From positions 22,444,001 through 22,508,000 of the forward strand of contig NC_042998.1 in NCBI RefSeq assembly GCF_006345805.1: 64,000 nucleotides of DNA. The letters are read 5' to 3'. The position numbers and the translations under genes were made by a program. This stretch comes from Octopus sinensis. Taxonomy: Eukaryota. Positions 25,249 through 39,249 of the stretch are shown piece after piece. The notes under the pieces are model-generated. The model made no database searches. It saw only the letters and a program-made list of their open reading frames with translations, and was not told the origin of the DNA. How positions within the stretch are numbered: position 1 is the stretch's first letter; each line of letters opens with the position of its first letter.

Positions 25249-26906
25249 GTATATCTTGGAATATTGGTTTCAAATTTTACCACAAAGTTAGCAATTTTCG
25301 GTAAAAGTTTAAGTTAGTTACATCGCCATCTGTGCTCAAATGATACTTATTTTATCGGCACTGAAAGGACAAAAGACAAAGTCGGCCCCCAACGGTATTT
25401 AAACACAGGCGGCGAGCTGGCAGAAACGTTAGCACGCCGGATGAAATGCTTAGCGGTATTTCGTCTGTCGTTACGTTCTGAGTTCAAATTCCGCCGAGGT
25501 CGACTTTGCCTTTCATCCTTTCGGGGTCGATAAATTAAGTACCAGTTCCGCACTGGGGTCGATATAATCGACTTAATACCTATGTCTGTCCTTGTTTGTC
25601 CCCTCTGTGTTTAGCCCCTTGTGGGTAATAAAGAAATAGGTATTTAAACACAGGCGGCGAGCTGGCAGAAACGTTAGCACGCCAGGCGAAATGCCTAGCG
25701 GTATTTCGTCTGCCGTTACGTTGTGAGTTCAAATTCCGCCGAGGTCGACTTTGCCTTTCATCCTTTCGGGGTCGATAAATTAAGTACCAGTTACGCACTG
25801 GGGTCGATGTAATCGACTTAATACCTATGTCTGTCCTTGTTTGTCCCCTCTATGTTTAGCCCCTTGTGGTTAATAAAGAAATAAGTATATCTTGGATATT
25901 GGTTTCAAATTTTACCACAAAGTTAGCAATTTTCGGTAAAAGTTTAAGTTAGTTACATCGCCATCTGTGCTCAAATGATACTTATTTTATCGGCACTGAA
26001 AGGACAAAAGACAAAGTCGGCCCCCAACGGTATTTAAACACAGGCGGCGAGCTGGCAGAAACGTTAGCACGCCAGGCGAAATGCCTAGCGGTATTTCGTC
26101 TGCCGTTACGTTGTGAGTTCAAATTCCGCCGAGGTCGACTTTGCCTTTCATCCTTTCGGGGTCGATAAATTAAGTACCAGTTACGCACTGGGGTCGATGT
26201 AATCGACTTAATACCTATGTCTGTCCTTGTTTGTCCCCTCTATGTTTAGCCCCTTGTGGTTAATAAAGAAATAAGTATATCTTGGAATATTGGTTTCAAA
26301 TTTTACCACAAAGTTAGCAATTTTCGGTAAAAGTTTAAGTTAGTTACATCGCCATCTGTGCTCAAATGATACTTATTTTATCGGCACTGAAAGGACAAAA
26401 GACAAAGTCGGCCCCCAACGGTATTTAAACACAGGCGGCGAGCTGGCAGAAACGTTAGCACGCCAGGCGAAATGCCTAGCGGTATTTCGTCTGCCGTTAC
26501 GTTGTGAGTTCAAATTCCGCCGAGGTCGACTTTGCCTTTCATCATTTCGGGGTCGATAAATTAAGTACCAGTTACGCACTGGGGTCGATGTAATCGACTT
26601 AATACCTATGTCTGTCCTTGTTTGTCCCCTCTATGTTTAGCCCCTTGTGGTTAATAAAGAAATAAGTATATCTTGGAATATTGGTTTCAAATTTTACCAC
26701 AAAGTTAGCAATTTTCGGTAAAAGTTTAAGTTAGTTACATCGCCATCTGTGCTCAAATGATACTTATTTTATCGGCACTGAAAGGACAAAAGACAAAGTC
26801 GGCCCCCAACGGTATTTAAACACAGAACGAAAGTTAGAAATACCCACTAATCATTTTGCCCGGCACGGTAACGATTCCAGCAGCTTGCTGTCTTGTATAT
26901 CTTGGA
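25249..26906. repeat. Tandem array of four young SINE A copies inside an old antisense SINE
   Basis: SINE A (+) at 25408-25639, 25653-25884, 26043-26274 and 26434-26665, with a 390/391-bp period. Host TSD GTATATCTTGGA at 25249 and 26895. Confidence 0.9.
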
Positions 26907-27387
26907 CTATTGTTTGGTTTAAAATACCTCATTTAAAATCAATATATGTGAAAAGTTAGTATGCATTTTCAAATATCATGTTTTGAATTTCGGCTTGTTT
27001 ATAAATATGAAATATTCAAGAATGATACTCTATGAATCAGACTGAATTTTTATAATGATCGAAATGAATAAATAAAAATTTTTGGACATTTATTGTTGGT
27101 CTCTTTGCACTGAAACAGCCCCATATATATACGAAAATGTGGAACGATGAAAATGAGTGCTCAGCACCGCATTGGTGGATATAATTTCTTTGTATGTGAA
27201 TTAAGGCTGCTATTAGTTTCATGTTAAGGAAAGTAGGAAAATATCCTAGTGTCTTAAAAAATTTGCAAGACGATCACATGAAGTAAAGTGTTCACTTCAT
27301 ATACCAACATTCATGCATTTGTGTGTGCGTGTGTCTGTGTGTATGGGGTGCTGTGTGTGTGCGTGTGTGTGTATGTGTGTGTACATA

Positions 27388-27604
27388 TGAGAAGGTAATG
27401 AAAAGTTATTGGTTTAAAGGTATCACTAAAGGTCTAGCTGGATGCTCAATCTTCCGAGTGATTTTAGAAAGCTTAGAAAAACTGAAGGACCGTTGCAATA
27501 AGTGTGTGAATCTGCTAGAGGTATATGTTGAATAAAACCATAATTAACTGATACTCCTGTATTTTCTTTTACCCAAAACCAGGAACTTTCCAGCATCCAT
27601 CTCG
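27388..27604 (+). mobile_element. Mariner-derived MITE
   Basis: Degenerate TIRs (TGAGAAGGTAATGAAAAGTTATTGGTTT / AAACCAGGAACTTTCCAGCATCCATCTCG). Retains the transposase C-terminus LEKLKDRCNKCVNLLEVYVE*. Confidence 0.75.
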
Positions 27605-27655
27605 TGTGTGTGTGTGTGTTTGTGCGTGTGTGTATGTGTGTGTACACACACACAC

Positions 27656-28394
27656 GAGTTAGGGATGGAGTGGATAAGATCTGGACTACATATGTTTCAT
27701 AGCCAGCGGAATCTCAGAAATGGTAAATATCCAGGCGAGGTGTATACCGCAGACTATTCTTCTGGCCAAGGATGTCCTGGTTAAATGAAAGTTTACATTG
27801 TCACAAGGAGGCACATGTTGATGCATGGAAGATTCAATCAGAATGTGTAGAGAGCACAACAGGTGTGGAGAATATAAATGTAGAGAGAAATAAGGATTAA
27901 AGGAAGGAAAAAAGAAAAGAACAAGATAAGGGAATGAGAAGAAGGAGGAATTTAAGCAAGATCATTTGACTGGTAATATTCAATGGAGCCGTTTTGGTCG
28001 AATCATAGAAGTAAGCGAGGGGAGTGGTAGTTGAAAAAAAAGATAATGTGGAGGGGAGAGGGTGAGGAAATATTTTTGATCAAGTGGGAGAAAAAAGTGT
28101 GCATGAAGAAAGCAAGAGAGAATGAAGAACTTAAGCAAGGTCATCTGACCGGTAGTATTCAATAGGGGTGTTTCGGTTGAATCACAAAAATAAGCAAGGT
28201 GAGTGGTATTAGAAAAAATAATGTGAAGGGAAGAAGATGGGGAAGTGACAATGTAAACTTTCATTTAAGCAAGGTATCCTTGGCCCGAAGAGTGGCCTGG
28301 GGTATACACTTCGCTTAGATATTTACCACTTCCGAGGTTCCGCTCGCTATGAAACATATATAACCCAGATCTTATCTACTCCGGTCCTTAACTC
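27656..28394. mobile_element. Foldback-like element with ~150-bp inverted arms and internal direct repeats
   Basis: 27656-27804 is the diverged reverse complement of 28245-28394. ~100-bp direct repeats at 27952 and 28131. Confidence 0.7.
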
Positions 28395-28934
28395 TTGTAT
28401 TCTTATTCGCACACCCGGAAACCTTAGTCGCCTACCGTGAAATATAAAAAGAGCCTTTTTCGGGTTATCGTACTTCGATACGAAAACAATCTACAACCTT
28501 CCGGTAAACCACTTTTGTTCCTGAAAGTTATTTTTTAATATTTACTACGGATTGCTTGAAGCTAACTTTCTTCCTACACCTCGATCTCTGGATCACTTGT
28601 TCCTAATCTAGCGAACGCTAACTGTGTGGAAGTCACGGAAATGGAGAAAATATAATTAAACTTGTCGTTAATCTCACTTACTAACAAAACCGAGTCCATG
28701 AAACTCATTATTCATGTTACAAACGAAGTAATTCGATAGATGTGATGGAAAGCTTTCTCCATAGTATCCGAGAAACAGTAGCTTTCGCGTTTATATAAAG
28801 GCACACAACCAGCTGTAAAGCTATTGAACACAAACCACGTGGCGGCCATTCGTAAAATACTCTACGACCGGGGTACGTAAGGAATCGTCTGTAGTTTATA
28901 TATCCGAAAAAAGAAACAAACTCTAAAACATATA

Positions 28935-29166
28935 TATTTCTTTACTACCCACAAGGAGCTAAACACAGAGGGGACAAACAAGGACTGACAAACGGATTAA
29001 GTCGATTACATCGACCCCAGTGCGTAACTGGTTCTTAATTTATCGACCCCGAAAGGATGAAAAGCAAAGTCGACCTCGGCGGAATTTGAACTCGGAACGT
29101 AACGACAGATGAAATACGGCTACGCATTTCGCCCGGCGCGCTAACGTTTCTGCCAGCTCGCCGCCT
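28935..29166 (-). mobile_element. SINE A copy
   Basis: Full-length reverse complement of the consensus. Confidence 0.9.
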
Positions 29167-29180
29167 AAAATATATACGTG

Positions 29181-29246
<66 letters not shown>

Positions 29247-30302
29247 AAAAGAGTAACAAAACAGCATAAAAGTGTAAATCTCACAGATGATTAATAATTT
29301 AATTGATTTCTACAGCTGTTTCAGTAGTTAGTGTAAAAACATGATTAATATAATTAATAAATTAATTTAGATATGATGGGTTATCAACTTCATCAAGTAG
29401 AAAACTTGAAAGGCGGAAACTGAAACAGCATTAGTTTTAAACATGTCAACTACATTTGGAAAAGAGAAAATATAACAGAGTGGAAAAAAAACTAATAAGT
29501 TATATAAGGAAATTTTGAAGAGATGTCTTTTCGAATTATAACTACAATTTAGTGTCCTCCTACCACGGTTTCCTTTCCTTATAATTTAACTAAATGATAC
29601 ATATTTTTTTAAGTAATAGTTTTCCAGGGACACAGTTCAGAAGATGTAGATCAGGATTATGTTAATGAAGTTAAAATTAAATTGTTTGTTTCTTTTATAA
29701 ATTCAAGAAGAAAAGAATTACTTAGAATTCTTAACCGTTATCGTTACAATTTTTTTTTTATTCAGAAAATTTTTCAGATTTTACGAACTGTGAGTATGAT
29801 AATGAAGATATTAACGAACAATAGTGTAGAATATTGAAAGCAATATATTCCCTCCTTCACTTCCAAGTAATTTTCATTCACTAAAAATTTTTTAAAAATT
29901 ATTTCATCAACATAATCATAGATTTTCTTTTCTATAGTAACGAAATTAAGATTAACAATAAACATAATATCGAAAACTTCACATAACATAAACGATTGGA
30001 AAACATTCAAGTTTTCTGCATTAAGAATTGCATTATCTACATTAAAATGAAAAATTTATTCACATATTTTTACATATAAAGTACCTCCACAATGATTTGG
30101 TATACTTAAAGTCGTTTAAGTTTAACATAAAAGAATAAGAAAAAAAAACGTTTTAGAGTATTTTGACACACTGGCATCGCTGAATAGCTCAGCTTGTTTA
30201 TTATAGAACTTCATTGAGGTTGAAGATAACCTAGATCTTTCTGAGGAGAGCCAAAGCGACGATTGTATTTAATCGCTAAATATTATTTCGATGTATAGGA
30301 AT

Positions 30303-30721
30303 ACTCTTTTCTCTTTTACTTGTTTCAGTCGTGTGATTGTGGCCATGCTAGAGCACCGCCTTTAGTCGAGCAAATCGACACCAGGACTTATTCTTTGTAA
30401 GCCTAGGACTTATTCTATCGGTCTCTTTTTGTCGAACCGCTAAGTTACGGGGACGTAAACACTCCATCATCGGTTGTCAAGCGATGTTAGGGGACAAATA
30501 CACACACACACACACACACACACCACACACACACACATATATATATATGCATACATACGACGGGCTTCTTTCAGTTTCCGTCTACCAAATCCTTTCACAA
30601 GGCTTTGGTCGGCCCGAGGCTACAGTAGGAGACACTTGCCCAAGATGTCACGCAGTGGGACTGAACCCGGAACCATGTAGTTGGTAAGCAAGCTACTTAC
30701 CATACACCCACCCCTACGCCT
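30303..30721 (-). mobile_element. SINE B copy
   Basis: Reverse complement of the consensus with an internal (CA)n/(TA)n tract. Confidence 0.88.
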
Positions 30722-31629
30722 ATGGTATGATGGAATGGTAAGCTTCCTTGATCGGGTTTCGAGGACCGGTTATTATTTTTTTTTTGTTGCATTTTAATTA
30801 AATCACTACCAGTTCTTGGAAAGATATGAATGTCCCAGCATCCCATTTCCTTTCCCTCGACAGTAGATGAGAGAATTATTTAGTAATATGTAATATTACT
30901 TATTACAAAAAAAAAATCAAACATTGATACTTGGGAGAGGCTATATCTCAGTTATGAAGCTTGTAAAAAAATGTCAGAAATATGTCTGTAGCTATTTCTT
31001 TGCACACACCAGAAAAATGAAAAGATAATATTGGTTATCGACCAACATATCTTTTCTCGCTGTTTATTTCTTCTTGTTTAGATTTTAAAAATCTCTCTAC
31101 ATTAAATTTGCCAACACCTAGTTCCTATTATTTTCCATGCAGATGGCGTGTCGACATTATTTGATTTCTGAAGAATTCTATGTTTCCACGCCAACTAATG
31201 TACGTTTCTGTATGTATATATTTCGTGATTCGTTCTCTTCTAATTTTGTCTCCTACAGAGAAGCAATACTTTGCTGATGGAAAAAAAAACAACAAAAAGA
31301 CAAAACAAAACACGAAACATGTCAAGGTAATAAGCAGTGGCTGAGTGAAATGTCAGCTTCCAATTAAGAAATAAACTAAACTTTACATGTTTCAGTACTT
31401 TTTCTCTCATTTGTATGTCTAAGCGTCTATCTGACTGTCTGTCGTTAGTTTTACTTCTTTCACGTTTGACTATAAACCACGTCTAAGTTTTACTTAATGG
31501 TTGGGCATTTTATGTGAATATCACTTCGTTTGCATGAGTAAAGACGCGCTTTGGGAGTTTCTCTCTCACATACACACACAAATGTATATATATATGTGAC
31601 CAAGATCCATATATGTACGTGTACGTGTA

Positions 31630-31968
<339 letters not shown>

Positions 31969-32046
31969 CATATATATATATATATAGAAGTTCTAAGTCT
32001 GTAGGGTAAAAACAGTATGTTAGAAAACTATGGGAGAATGGAGGGG

Positions 32047-32381
32047 AGACCTCCTTCGGTCATGAATGACCATGGGATTGCACCTAGAAAATTACCCTAC
32101 GAGGTACAAGTCCTGGCAAGGTTGTTTATGGAAGGCCTGCAGTTGCCAATGCATATCAGTCTCCCCTCTCCGCACCACTGATGTTATCCAAGGGAACGGC
32201 AAAGGCTGATACAACTTGGCACCAGAGACATCGCAACTCATTTCTACAGCTGAGTTAACTGGAGCAACGTGAAATAAAGTGTCTTGCTCAAGAACACAAT
32301 ACGCAGCCCGGTCCGGCAATCGAACTGACAACCCCACGATCGTAAGCTCGACGCTCTAACCACTGAGCCATGCGCCTTCAC
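32047..32381 (-). mobile_element. CORE-type SINE with a different (RTE-like) tail
   Basis: Head and core as in 18686-19010 (GTGAAGGCGCATGGCTCAGTGGTTAGAGCG), but the 3' part differs. Flanking GTTAGAAAACTA direct repeat. Confidence 0.75.
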
Positions 32382-33095
32382 AGGTTAGAAAACTATAGGA
32401 GCACAAGTTAAAAAGGACGCTTTCTCGATCACCTTTGGTTAGTAGCCAAATCGCTGCTGTTACATTCTAGCGTTTAAAAAGAGAAATAAAATGTGTGTAG
32501 CTGGAATATATGATAATCCTAAAACACCGAGGAATCGAAACTGGACTGCTATGTTTCAACAGTCATGATTTTTTGCTACAGACCAATCAGATATTTGGCA
32601 CAGAACACTGTATTAACACGAACGCGATTCGTTCAATTATTGATGATTTCAGTTACTGACCACTCAGACATCTCTAAAACAGGATCTCATCTTCAAATTG
32701 TTTTTATGCGTTTCTTTTTCATTGATAAAAAAACCCAACAATATACAGAATTCTTTTGCCACTAGCAAGCAGTGATGACATACGCGTGTTGCTGCTAAAC
32801 TGACCCCTTTCACTACTGTCATTCTCGACCGCAGCAGCATCTCACAAACTGTTGGTTTAACTGGTGTAACCATCTTTTTTATGGTTGACAGTAAGGACAG
32901 TACATACTTTTGTTGACGATGAAAATAAATATTTTTGCATTTGAAATATCAAACAGAATTTCTGTTGCATTCATCGACATCAAGTCAAGTCTACCAAATC
33001 GATGCACTGGGGATAAACCAAAAACAGAAGTATTCATATCGTTACATGTGTGAATCTAGGATACGCAGTTACTGATTTATTATATCTCAAACGAA

Positions 33096-33672
33096 GGCGG
33101 CGAGCTGGCAGAATCGTTAGCACGCCGGGCGAAATGCTCAGCGGTACTTCATCTGCCATTACGTTCTGAGTTCAAATTCCGCCGAGGTCCACTTTGCCTT
33201 TCATCCTTTCGGGGTCGATTAAATAAGTACCAGTTACGCACTGGGGTCGATGTAATCGACTTAATCCGTTTGTCTGTCCTTGTTTGTCCCCTCTGTGTTT
33301 AGTCCCTTGTGGGTAGTAAAGAAATAGGTATTTCGTCTGCCGTTACGTTCTGAGTTCAAATTCCGCCGAGGTCGACTTTGCCTTTCATCTTTACGGGGTC
33401 TATAAATTAAGTACCAGTTACGCACTGGGGTCGATATAATCGACTTAATCCTTTTGTCCATCCTTGTTTGTCCTCTCTGTGTTTAGCCCCTTGTGGGTAG
33501 TAAAGAAATAGGTATTTCATTCTGAGTTCAAATTCCGCCGCGGGATCGACTTTGCCTTTTATACTTTCGGGGTTGATAAATTAAGTATCAGTTATGCACT
33601 GAGGTCGATGAAATCAACAAGACCCCTCCCCCAACATTTCAGGCCTTGTACCTTTAGTAGAAAATCGAAAGA
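33096..33672 (+). mobile_element. SINE A trimeric nested array
   Basis: Units 33096-33327, 33328-33511 and 33512-33672 with junctions AAAGAAATAG|GTATTTC. Outer TSD TTATATCT(C/G)AAAC. Confidence 0.88.
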
Positions 33673-33729
33673 TTATATCTGAAACAGAAGAGATGTTCAC
33701 AGCTTTTTCAGCACTAAGAGATAATGAAT

Positions 33730-34186
33730 TCAAATTTTGACAAAGGACCATCAGTTTTTTTTGAGGAGAGGGAATGTCAATTACATCGATCTCGGTACTT
33801 GATTAGCTCTTATTTCATCGAACCCGAAAAGAGGAAAAGTAAAATCGACTTCGGCGGAATTTGAATTTAGAACGTAAATATGGACAAAATACCTGTTTCT
33901 TTATTGCCCACAAGGGGCTAAACATAGAGGGGACAAACAAGGACAGACATAGGTATTAAGTCGATTACATCGACCCCAGTGCGTAACTGGTTCTTAATTT
34001 ATCGACCCCGAAAGGATGAAAGGCAAAGTCGACCTCGGCGGAATTTGAACTCGGAACGTAACGGCAGACGAAATACCGCTAAGCATTTCGCCTGGCGTGC
34101 TAACGTTTCTGCCAGCTCGCCGCCTTGGACGAAATACCGCGATGCATTTTGTCTGGTATGCTAACGGTTCAGAGAGCTCGCCGCCT
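33730..34186 (-). mobile_element. Young SINE A (33893-34125) inserted in an older SINE A
   Basis: TSD GGAC(A/G)AAATAC at 33882 and 34127. Confidence 0.85.
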
Positions 34187-34469
34187 CAGCACAACGATTT
34201 AATAGCTAAGCGTAAGCGATCACCCAACTTCACATCATTTTTGGCATTTGTTTGACTTCAATGGAATCCACTCTGTTGTAGGCTTTCAGGTCAGCTCTAC
34301 AATCTGCTGATAATTTCTCTCTTCCCACTAATCTTAGAGATCCTGAGAAAGAGCAAGAACACTCTCTCCTGAATAAATCATTAAAAAAAAAAGAGTCAGA
34401 GAAATATATAAGAGTTATGACAGTCATTGACTAGTACTATTTCTTCTCGTCCTATACATGTGTGTGTGT

Positions 34470-34650
34470 GGAGGCGAAATGGTCTAGGGGTTAGGGCAGC
34501 GAACTCGCAGTCGGAGGTTCGCGGTTTCGATTCCCAGACCGGGCGCTGTGTGTGTTTATTGAGCGAAAACACCTAAAGCTCCTCGAGGCTCCAGCAGGGG
34601 GTGGTGGCTACCCCTGTTGTACTCTTTCGCTAAAACTTTATCTCACTCTT
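34470..34650 (+). mobile_element. SINE C 5' part
   Basis: Matches 8013-8200. Confidence 0.8.
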
Positions 34651-34811
34651 TCCTTGAGTATAGATATATATATATATATAAAGGGGTTTGTATGATTGTG
34701 TATAGGGGAATATATTTATTATTCAAAGAAATTCCAACTCTGTTTTTTATGTTTTATTTATATTCTTAATAATATTAATGTAGAATATATAGTATAAATA
34801 ATATATATATA

Positions 34812-34862
<51 letters not shown>

Positions 34863-35001
34863 AGTATAATGAAATGAAGTATTGATTGTCTTATTGAATA
34901 GATGAAATACTGAATATAAAATATTAAGGGGCTAGTATACTTTCTTGCGTTATAACAGTCTTCAAGGTCCCAGGTTGTGACAGGAGTGTTTCAACTGTGT
35001 G

Positions 35002-35039
<38 letters not shown>

Positions 35040-35749
35040 CATACATATATATATATATAAATATATAAAGGCACGCTGGCAAAATGTTGCTCCTCTAAAC
35101 CTTACATGTCATTCTGATTTTGTGGCATGAAGCAAAGCAGACCTAGCCCTTCACTCAAGAAAACACATAGTAAATGATGCGCAAGCACTCAAGCAAACCG
35201 AGTCCTCAACTTGTTCCATTTACCAAAAGATTTGCAAGGCACCAGCAGGCCCCAAGAGACACACTCGTGTCTATAGAACATGATTAATGCTTTATTTTAC
35301 TGTTTTACTGAACCCTCATTTGTCATTCCCAAGAGAATCCAATATATATATATACGTGTATGTATATATATATATATAGATAAGTCTAGATTTTCCTGTA
35401 CAATATTTACTGATTGACTGCTACATATGTATAGGAAGTAAATAGTTATCGATTTTTAATATCTTACATATTATATCTTGTTTATTGGTATATAGAGACT
35501 TTTTTTTATGTTAGATTAGATTAACCAAATTTATTTGAGGTGTGTATATTTATCAGTTCCTGGTTCATTAAAAAGCAACAAAACGAATAATAACAATACT
35601 ATATATAGGTAGGTAGACATAAATATACATATTAACATATACATATCAACATTTAGATATATATATACATATACATACACACCTACATAGATGCATACAC
35701 ACACATATATATTTGCATTAATGTGTGCATATATATATATATATATATA

Positions 35750-36384
35750 AGTAACTTGCTTACCAACCACATGGTTCCGGGTTCAATCCCACTGCGTGGC
35801 ACCTTGGGCAAGTGTCTTCTACTATAGCCTCGGGGTGACCAACGCCTTGTGAGTGGATTTGGTAGGCGGAAACTGAAAGAAGCCTGTCATATATATATGT
35901 ATGCATATATATATATATGTGTGTGTGTGTTTTGTGTGTGTTTTGAAACAACATCGCTTGACAACCGATGCTGGTGTGTTTACGTCCCCGTAACCTAGCG
36001 GTTCGGCATAAGAGACCCATAGAATAAGTACTAGGCTTATTCTATGAAGGCGACAAGATGGCAGAATCGTTAGCACGCCGGGCGAAATGCTTAGCGGTAG
36101 TTCGTCTTTCGTTACGTTCTGAGTTCAAATCCCGCCGAGGTCGACTTTGCCTTTCATCCTTTCGGGTTCGATAAATTAAGTACCGGTTACGCACTGGGGT
36201 CGATGTAATTGACTTAAACCCTTTGTCTCTCCTTGTTTGTCCCCTCTATGTTTAGCCCCTTGTGGGCAATAAAGAAATAAGAATAAATACTAGGCTTACA
36301 ATGAATAAGTCCTGGGGTCGATTTGCTCGACAAGAGGTGGTGCTCTAGCATGGCCACAGTCAAATGACTGAAACAAGTAAAAGA
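35750..36384 (+). mobile_element. SINE B interrupted by SINE A (36048-36280)
   Basis: TSD GAATAA(G/A)TACTAGGCTTA at 36022 and 36281. Confidence 0.88.
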
Positions 36385-36867
36385 ATGTGTGTGTGTGTGC
36401 GTCTGCTCAGAAAAAAATCGTTACCTTTAGTAATTGAAATGGAAAAAAAAAAAGAAAAGTAGGTAACTCCAAATTCTGAATAAATTCTAAGTTGAATGAA
36501 AGCATACAGTAGCAGGTGACATTGATGTTTGTCAACTACAGTGACATCTCTGGATGTGTTTCAGTATTTTAAGACTTCTTCATCGAAACATAATCTACTA
36601 ATTTATCGGCTGCTTAAATACACATGAGAAAATTGCCCTATTTTTACTGGAGAAAAAGGCATTACGTTGATAGAAGTTAAAGTGTGATTGTGCAACTTTT
36701 ATGCTCTTTTGAAACGGCATTAGCAACGTATATGAATTGTAAGGTTTTGAAAGAAGCTATTAGGGAAGCTTGACTCTGTTTTTGACCATTGGATAGAGAA
36801 GAAAGGAAAGAGGGAAACGACACAAAGTCAAGAACGAAAAAGTCAGCAAGGCTGGAAAACAAACACA

Positions 36868-37018
36868 TAGATAAATAGAGATAGATAGATAGATAGATAG
36901 AGATAGATAGAAAGGTAGATAGATAGAGATAGGCAGATAGAGATAGGTAGATAGATAGAAATAGATAGAGATAGATAGATAGATAGATAGATAGAAATAG
37001 ATAGATAGAAATAGATAG

Positions 37019-37081
<63 letters not shown>

Positions 37082-37167
37082 GATAGATAGATAGAGATAG
37101 ATAGATAGATAGAAATAGATAGAGATAGATAGAAATAGATAGATAGATAGAAATAGATTAGAGATAG

Positions 37168-37206
<39 letters not shown>

Positions 37207-37213
37207 GATAGGT

Positions 37214-37288
<75 letters not shown>

Positions 37289-37392
37289 TATAGATAGATA
37301 GAGATAGATAGAGATAGATAGAAAGAGATAGATAACGACAGAGAGACAGACAGACAGATATATAGATGAATAGATGGATAGATAGATAGATA
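36868..37392. repeat. (GATA)n microsatellite
   Basis: Seen directly. Confidence 0.95.
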
Positions 37393-38569
37393 GGAGACAA
37401 CATACGTGAGTTTAGTGAGAAAAGAAAGTATGTGGACGCTTTTAGGAGAAGTCCTAATTTTAATAAACCTACTTGCAAATAGGAACTGGGTTTTCTGACA
37501 GCTGAAGCTTTTTATTAACTAAATCTGGAAATAGGAATCGAACGTTGGTTATTGATTGATTAGAAATTCTTAGATATTAGCATGAAAGCATGATAAAAAG
37601 ATTTGTTTCTTGTCATGATGCAAAGTGTCTTATAAGATTATTTGTAGAACACAATGTATTGCAATAACAACCTTAATAATAATAATATAATAATAATAAT
37701 AATAATAATATAAAGGAGATAGGGAAAAGAGGAAAGGAGAAAAAAAGCTATATTACATTATTATAGGAAATGGTAAGTATAAAATCATCACCAGAGCTGA
37801 CAAGAATCTCTTATTCGCGAAAGTGGCATTACCAAACAGCATACGACATAACATTTTGACACAACTGTGTTTGGAACGCAAAAGCTAATGTAGTTTATGA
37901 TGAATATCGATTTTTAAAAAAATAACTTAAACACAATTCCGCAAGTTCGAAGAGGTAAGTAAGGAAGAAATAAGATTTTGTGATATTCATGGCTTTCTCA
38001 AGATTTATTAGCGGAGTAATTGAAATGAAATAGCTACAAGTGCATATTGAAACTGGCAGAAACATCTTACTCTATATCGCTAGCTGTCTGCTAGCGATAT
38101 TGATTTCTTACATAAGGGCCAAAGCCACATGTTTTTATAGAAAGGGCATGAGAGGTGTAAGTGAAGTGAATGATATACCGTTGTAGATACGGCTTAACGG
38201 TACGTTATTGTATTTAACAGCGATCGCAAGCTGAAATAAACGAAAGGTTTCTTATATATTTGTCTACTCACAAATACACAAATTTATTTGTGGCTGGAGA
38301 TGGAATGTGGCAGCGTATATGTATTTCCTAAAATGGCCATCTTGACAAAATTGAAATCAGATTATATATTGTCTATTTGGCAACCAGGTATGGCCGTGTA
38401 GTTAACAATAAAAGTTCTCTCATTATGACAGGATCCAATTCCGTCCAGAGGCATCAAGACCAAATCTTTTTTGTACCGTTACCTCGGATTGTCCAAGGCC
38501 TTGTGAGTGAAATTTGGTTGATAGAAACAGTGGGCATAACCATCATATATATGCATATGTGTGTGTATG

Positions 38570-38890
38570 TATGGCTGTGTGGTAGGAAGATTGCTTCTCA
38601 ACCATATGGCGCTGGGTTCAGTCCCACCGCGCGGCACCTTGGGCAAATGTCTTCTATTATAGCTTCGAGCCGACCAAATCCTTGTGAGTGGATTTGGTAG
38701 ACGGAAACTGAAAGAAGCTCGTTGTATGTGTGCTGTGTGTGTGTGTGTTGCCTGTATTAGTCCCCCAGTCATCGCTTGACAACCGATGCTGGTCTGTTTG
38801 TATCCCCGTAACTTAGCGGTTCGGCAAAAGAACGGATAGAATAAGTACTAGACTTACAAAGAATACGTCCCGGGAGTTCGATTTTTTCCA
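38570..38890 (+). mobile_element. SINE B copy
   Basis: Consensus match, 3' truncated. Confidence 0.82.
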
Positions 38891-39249
38891 CTAAAACCCT
38901 TTCCACAGAAAGAAACAAGGAGAGAAAATAAAGACTATGTAGTGGCTAGCGACCTATCATGGCGAATGCCGGACATACATGCGCGCACGCACGCACACAC
39001 ACGCGCACATAACGGAGTACCAGTAGTTGTACCGATAAACAGGGACTTTGAAAAATACTTTGTAAGACTAAATCCAGTTTCCTGTATGGCGGAGGTGGGG
39101 ACTCTACTCAAATATTAAGGGAGTTCTGAAATGTTTTAATGGAATTCCTGTCTGATATTCAACCCTACTCTTTTGTTCAGGCTCTTAACCGATGTGTCTT
39201 GACCGTTCCCTCCCCCTGTTGGCCCAGCAGACAAGAATGGATGAAACTC

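Noticed and set aside
25249-26906. CRISPR-like repeat/spacer periodicity
   Set aside because: The units are ~390 bp with identical 'spacers' and consist of SINE plus flank, in a eukaryotic context with no cas genes.
29774-30010. 78-aa AT-rich ORF and a possible plus-strand micro-exon at 29778-29789
   Set aside because: Non-ATG start, F/I/K/N bias typical of AT-rich non-coding DNA, and no recognisable motif. The splice-like signals are too short to support.
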